NCBI RefSeq assembly: GCF_009914755.1
Contig: NC_060927.1
Length of the DNA stretch: 64,000 bases
Reading direction: 5' to 3' (one strand)
Source of the DNA: the human T2T-CHM13v2.0 reference genome, Homo sapiens
The notes below the pieces were generated by a model, which ran no database searches, had not been told where the DNA came from, and worked only from the letters and a program-made list of their open reading frames with translations. Positions 57,718 to 64,000 of the stretch are shown here, piece by piece; within the stretch, counting starts at the first letter, position 1; each line of letters opens with the position of its first letter. Made by a program: the position numbers and the translations under genes.

Positions 57718-57830
57718 AATTTCTTGATTATTTGGAAGGGTTTTTCACATCTCTGTCTCCTTCATTTCAGCTCTGACCTTGGTTATTTCTTGTTTTCTAC
57801 CAGCTTTGGGGTTCGTTTGCTCTTGGGTCT

Positions 57831-60000
57831 TGTAGTAGTTCATTTTCACACTGCTATAAAAATACTTCTTGAGACTAGGTAATTTATAAACAAAAGAGAT
57901 TTAATTGACTCACAGTTCCACATGGGTAGGGAGGCCTCAGGAAACTTATAGTCATGGCAGAAGGGGAAGCAAGCATGTCTTACATGGCAGCAGGCGAGAG
58001 AGTGATTGTGTGAAAGGGGAACTGTCAAACACTTATAAAACCATCAGATCTTGTGAAAGTCACTATTACAAGAACAGCGTGGTGAAACCAACCCCATGAT
58101 CCAGTCACCTCCCACCAGGCCCCTTCCTCGACACATGGGGATTACAATTAGAGATATATTTGGGTGGGGACACAGAACCAGATCATATCATTCCATCCCT
58201 GCCCCCCTGCCCCCCAACAAATCTCATATCTTCTTGCATTTCAAAACCAATCATGCATTCCCAACAGTCTTCCAAAGTCTTAACTCATTTCAGCATTAAC
58301 CTAAATGTCCAATTCCAAAGTCTCATCTGAGACAAGACAAGTTCCTTCTGCCTAGGAGCTTGTAAAATAACAGTTACTTTCAAGATACAGTGGGGGCACA
58401 GGTATTGGATAAATGCTCTTACTCTAAATGGGAGAAATTGGCCAAAACAAAGGGGCTACAGGCCCCATGCAAGTCCAAACATTAGCATGGCAGTTCTTAA
58501 ATCTTAAAGCTCTGAAATGATCTTCTTTGACTTTATGTCTCACATCCAGGACATGCTGATGCAAGGGGTGGGCTCCCATGGCCTTGGCTTTGCAGGGTAC
58601 AGCCCCCCAGCTGGTTTTATGGCTGACCCTGTATGTCTGCAGCTTTTCTGGGTGCACTGTGCAAACTGTCAGTGGATCTACCATTCTGGGGTCTAAAGAA
58701 CAGTGGCCCTATTGTCACAGCTGCACTAGGCAGTGCCCCAGTAGGGACTCTGTGTGGGGGCGTCAACCCCACATTTTCCTACTGTACTACCCTAGCAAAG
58801 GTTCTCCATGAAGGCTCAGCCCCTGCAGCAGACTTTATACTGGACATCTGAGCATTTCCATACATTCTCTGAAATGCAGGCAGAGGTTCCCGAACCTTAA
58901 TTCTTGACTTTTGTGCACCCGTAGGCCTAACACCACATGTAAGCCGGCAAGGCTTGGGGCTTGCACCCACTGAAGCAACAGCCGGAGCTGTACCTTGGCC
59001 TCTTTTAGCCACGACTGGAGCAGTTAGGATGCAGGGCTCCAAGTCCCATAGCTGCACAAAGCAGCTGAGCCCTGGGCCTGGCCCAGGAAACCATTTTTCC
59101 CTTCTAGGCCTTAGAGCCTATGATGGGAAGGACTGCTGTGAAGGTCTCTGGCATGCCCTGGAAACATTTTCTCCATTGTCTCAGATATTAACATTCAGCT
59201 CCTTGTTACTTATGCACATTTCTGCAGAAAATGGGTTTTTCTTTTCTATCACATTGTCAGGCTGCAAATTTTCTAAATGTTTTTACTCTTTTCTTTTAAA
59301 CATAAGTTCCAGTTTCAGATAATCTCTCTCCAGTTCAAAGTTCCACTTATCTCTAGGGTGGGGGCAAAATGCTGCCAGTGTCTTTGCTAAAGCATAGTAA
59401 GAGTGACCTTTGCTCCAGTTCCCAATAATTTTCTCATCTCCATCTGAGACCACCTCAGCCTGGACTTCATTGTCCATGTCATTATCAGCATTTTGGTCAA
59501 AACCATTCAGTAAGTCTCTAGGAGGTTCCAAATTTTCCCTCATCTCCCTGTTACCCTGTTCCAAAGTCACTTCCACATTTTCAGGTTGTCTTTATAGAAG
59601 TGCCCCACTCCGGGTACCAATTTCCTGTATTCGTCCATTTTCACACTGCTATAAAGATACTACCTGAGATCAGGTAATGTATAAACCAAGGAAGTTTAAT
59701 TTACTCACAGTTCTGCAGGGCTGGGCAGGCCTCAGAAACATTTAACTCATGGCAGAAGGGGAAACAGTTACGTCTTACAGGGTGGCAGGCAAGAAAGCGA
59801 GTGTGTGAAGGAGGAACTATGAAACTTTTGCAAAACTATCAGATCCCATGAGAACTCAGTCACTGTCAGGAGAACAGCATAGGGTGAACCACCCCCATGA
59901 CATGATCACCTCTCGCCAGGTCCTTCCCTGGACATGTGGAGATTATACAGATTATAATTCAGATGAGATTTGTGTGGGGACACAGAGCCAGACCATATCA
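57831..60000 (-). mobile_element. two-LTR THE1D-like MaLR: 3' LTR 57831-58190, internal 58191-59625, 5' LTR 59626-60000
   Basis: Both LTRs run tgta..ttcacactgctataaa...catatca; internal start complement cccactccgggtaccaatttcc; TSD ggtct (57826-30) / gttct (60001-05). Confidence 0.93.
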
Positions 60001-62521
60001 GTTCTCAAGTTCTTTTAGTTGTGATGTTAGGTTGTTAGCTTGAGATCCTTCTAGCTTTTTGATATGAGCATTTAGTGCTATAAATTTACCTCTTAACACT
60101 GCTTTAGCTGCATCCCAGAGATTCTGGTATATTAGCTGTTTGTTATCATTAGTTTCAAATAACTTGATTTTTGCGTTAATTTCATTATTTACGCGAAAGT
60201 CATTCAGGAGCAGGTTGTTCAATTTGCATGTAGTTGTGTGGTTTTGAGTGAGTTTAATCTTTAGTTCTAATTTGATTACACTGTGGCCTGAGAGACAGTT
60301 TGTTATGATTTTAGTTATTTTGCATTTGCTTTGGAGTATTTTACTTCTGATTGTGTGTCAATTTGAGAGTAAGTGCCGTGCGGTGATGAGAAGAATGTAT
60401 ATTCTGTTATTTTTGGGTGGAGAGTTCTGTAGGTATCTAACAGGTCCACTTGACTCAGAGCTGAGTTCAGGTCCTGAATATTTTTGTTAATTTCCTCTCT
60501 TGATGACTTGTTTAATATTGTCAGTGGGGTGGTAAAGTCTCCCACTATTATTGTGTGGGAGTCTAAGTCTCTTTGAAGGTCTCTAAGATCTTGCTTTATG
60601 AATCTGGGTGCTCCTCTATTGGGTGCATATATATTTAGAATAATTAGCATTTCTTATTGGATTGAACTCTTTACCATTATGTAATACCCTTCTTTGTCTT
60701 TTTTTATCTTTGTTGGTTTAAAGTCTTTTGTCAAAAACTAGGATTATAACCCCTGCTTTTTTCTGTTTTCCATTTGCTTGGTTAATTATCCTCAGTCTCA
60801 ATATTTTGAGCCTTTGTGTGTCTTTGCATGTGAGATGAGTCTCTTGAAGACAACATATCAATGGGTCTTGGCTTTTTATCCAGCTTGAAGATGACATACC
60901 AATGGGTCTTGGCCTTATATCCAACAGCCTGAGCTGTACCTTGGCCTCCTTTAGCCACAACTGGAGCTCAAGTGGTTAGAGTTTAGGGCACCAAGTCCCA
61001 CAGCCATTCTGTGTCTTTTAATCGGGACATTTAGCCCATTTTCTTTTAAGATTAGTATTGTTATACATGGATTCAATACTGCCATCATGATGCTAGCTAG
61101 TTATTTTGCAGACTTGTTTACATGGTTGCTTCAGAGTGTTGCTGCTTTGTGTACCTCAGTGTGTTTTAATATTGGCTGCTAATGGTTTTTCCTTTCCGTA
61201 TTTAGTGCTTCCTTCAGGAGCCCTTGCAAGGCAGGTCACATGATGACGAATTCCCTCAGCATTTGCTTATCTGAAAAGGATTGTATTTCTCCTTCACTTA
61301 TGAAGCTTAGTTTGGACTGATATGAAATTCTGGGTTGGCAGTTTTCTTTTTTAAATATTGGCCCCCAGTCTCTTCTGGCTTGTAGAGTTTCTCCTGAGAG
61401 GTCTGCCGTTCGTCTGTTGGGCTTCCCTTTGTAGGTGACCTGGCCTTTCTTTCTGGCTGCTCTTAACATTTTTTCTTTCATTTCAACCTTGAAGACTGTG
61501 ATGATTATATGTGTTGGGGTCGATCTTCTTGTGGAGTATTTTACTGGGGTTCTCTTCATTTCCTGAATTTGAATGTTGGCCTCTCTTATTAGGCTGGGGA
61601 AGTTCTCCTGGATGATATTCTGAAGTGTGTTTTCCAAGTTGATTCCATTCTCCTTGTCTCTTTCAGGTACCCCAAGCAGTCATAGGTTTGGTCTCTTTAC
61701 ATAATCCCGTATGTCTCAGAGGTTTTATTTATTCATTCTTTTTTGTCTTTTCTTGGCTGCTTCTCTTATTTTAGAAAGATATTCTCAGGCTGAGATTCTT
61801 TCCACAGCTTAGCCAATTCTGCTTTTAATACTTGTGATTGCGTTGTGAAGTTCTTATAGTGTGTTTTTCAGGTCTAACAGGTTAATTGTACTTCTCTCTA
61901 AATTGGCTATTTTGGTTGTCAGCTCCTGTATTGTTTCATCATAATTCTTAGCTGCTTTGCATTGGGTTACAATATGTTACTTTAGCTCAGCAAAGTTTGT
62001 TATTACCTACCTTCTGAAGGCTATTTCTGTCATTTCAGCCATCTCAGCCTCAGCTCAGTTCTGAGCCCTTACTGGAGAGGTGTTGCAGTCATTTGGAGAA
62101 GGGGCACTCTATATTTTTGAGTTTTACTATTTTTGTGTTGATTTTTTCCATCTTTATGGGGTCTTTAAGGTTGCTGACCTTTGAATGGGGTTTTTGTGGG
62201 GTCTTTTGTGTTGATGTTGTTTTCTGTTTATTTGTTTTTCTTTTAACAGTCAGAACACCCTTCTATAGGGCTGCTGCAGGTTGCTGTGGGTCCCCTCTAT
62301 ACCAAGGTTGCCTTAGATTTTCCAGTACCTGCAGGTATCATAATTGAAGGCTGTGAAACAGCAAACATTGTAGCCTCCTCCTTCTGGAAGCTCCATCCCA
62401 GGGGAGTACTAATTCATTTCCAGCCTGAACATGCCTGTAGGAGGTGGCCGGAGACCCGAACTGGGAGGCCTCACCCAGTCAAGGGGAACAGGGTCAGTAA
62501 CCTGCTTAAAATAAGCTGTCT

Positions 62522-62834
62522 AGCTGGGCCTGGTGGCTCATGCCTGTAATCCCGGAACTTTGGGAGGCTGAGGTGGGCAGATCACCTAAGGTCAGGCATT
62601 CTAGACCAGCCTGGACAACATGGTGAAAACCCATCTCTACTAAAAATACAAAAATTAGCCAGGCATGGTGGCATGCGCCTGTAATCCCAGCTATTCAGTG
62701 GACCGAGACAGGAGAATCACTTGAACCTGGGAGGCGGAGGTTGTGGTGAGCCAAGGTCACAACATTGCACTACAGCCTGGGTGACAGAGTGAGACTCTGT
62801 CTCCAAAAAAAAAAAAAAAAAAAAAAAAAAAAGA
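62522..62834 (+). mobile_element. AluS in the L1 5'UTR
   Basis: Full body plus long A-tail; TSD aaaataagctgtct (62508-62521) / aagaaaagctttct (62835-62848). Confidence 0.94.
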
Positions 62835-64000
62835 AAGAAAAGCTTTCTGGCTGCTTTTTGGTAGAGCAAGTGTGCCATTTTGGGGATCCCTTCAGCCCTG
62901 ATTGTTATGGGTTTTCCAGGGCCCACAGGCTGGACTGACTGAGGTACCTGAACAACCAAGGTGGTGGCCTGCCCCACCTCCCAGCCATTTTGTCTTAGAT
63001 GGAAATTAGAGCTCTGTTCATAGAAAACTGTCTGAGTCCCAGCTGAAGCCCTGGCTGGGAGGTCCCACCCAGTGAGGAGGAATGGATCAGGGTCCTGCTT
63101 TAAGAAGCAGCTGCCATCTGGCAAAGCAGCTGTGCTGCACTGGGGGAACCCTTTCTTGTCTGGACTGTTTGGACTCTCAAAAGCCAGCAGGCTGAGATGG
63201 CTGAGTCCACCTAACCACAGAGATGGTGGCCTCACCTCCCCCCAGGGACTCCATTTTAGGTAGAGGTCAGAGCTCTGTCTGTAGAAAACTGGCTGGGGTG
63301 GCTGAAGCCTGGCTGGGAGCCCCCATTTAGTGAGGAGGAATAGATCAGGGTCCCACTTAAAGAAGCAGTCTGGCCATGGTGTAGCAAAGCAGCTATGCTG
63401 CACTAAGGGGACCCTTTCATCCAGACTGTTTGCACTCTCCAAAGACAGCAGGCTGGAATGGCTGAGTCAACAGAACTGCACAGATAGTAGCTGCCTTTTC
63501 CCCTGGGAGCTCCTTCCCCTCTCAGACAGGCTCCACCCTGTCGCCATTGGCTGGCTGGAATTTCAAACCAGTGAGTCTTATCTTGTGAGGTATCATGGAA
63601 GTGGGGCCCTCAGAATACCGCTGCTTGGCTCCCTGGATTCAGCCCGCTTCCTAGGGATATGCATGGACCTCTTGCCTTACCAGAGTTGCACACACCCTTG
63701 TTGAGGATCCTAGAGCCAGAGTAGGGTCTCTGTGTGTGCCTGAGCAGCTGCTCTGCTGGCCCTCCACACAGCTACAGAGCTGTGTGGGTCCATTGGACCC
63801 TAGGCCCTCATGCCGTGGGCTCATGAGGGGATATCCTGATCTATGTTGCAAAGATCCATGGGAGGAGATTGGTTTCCTGGCAGGGTCACACAGTCATTCA
63901 CTGCCTCCCTTGGTTGGGGGTGGGGGTTCCTTGGCTGTATTCCAGGGTGGGCCATCACTCTACCCTGCTTTTCTTCATTCTCTGTGGATTGAGTTGTTTG

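Larger units (their letters stand above)
54454..64000 (-). mobile_element. near-full-length L1PA11-13 (L1PA12-like), running off the window end and interrupted by Alus and THE1D
   Basis: 3' end tattaagcccagcatccattagctattcttcctgatgctc; ORF2 RT ([11 protein letters not shown]), EN (IIVGDFTTPL, ICCLQETHL); ORF1 61236-61637 (IIQENFPSL..KEKMLRAARKKGQVTYKGKP); 5'UTR from ~62250. Confidence 0.93.

Noticed and set aside
62717-63442. Longest ORF in the track (241 aa, minus strand)
   Set aside because: Chimera of L1 5'UTR repeats and antisense Alu poly-T (FFFF..ETESHSVTQA); not a gene.

Overview
This is AT-rich primate genomic DNA, most likely human: the young Alu at 30578-30892 carries the AluYg6-type diagnostic substitutions as I recall them. 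It reads as a gene-poor region or the interior of a very long intron. I find no confidently identifiable protein-coding or RNA gene, and essentially all recognisable ORFs in the track are transposon debris (L1 ORF1/ORF2, Tigger transposase, Alu, THE1). Main architecture: (i) 11-23.7 kb, an ancient L1ME-like element split by nested L1MA, twin-primed L1PB4-like and L1MB pieces and by a two-LTR THE1 that itself holds a near-full-length L1PB1; (ii) a full-length Tigger3/Golem DNA transposon at 24.8-27.9 kb, with its MITE at 39.7 kb; (iii) from 54.5 kb to the end, an L1PA12-like element containing a two-LTR THE1D and two Alus. The most unusual signals are four independent locally templated insertion or fold-back scars (14010, 18675, 27567, 60922) and a well-bounded 78-nt candidate exon at 38103-38180 that may splice in frame to 40435 to give a 22-aa small ORF. 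I cannot support a new multi-gene biological system here. Repeat subfamily calls rest on recalled consensus sequences, and boundaries of old repeats are approximate.
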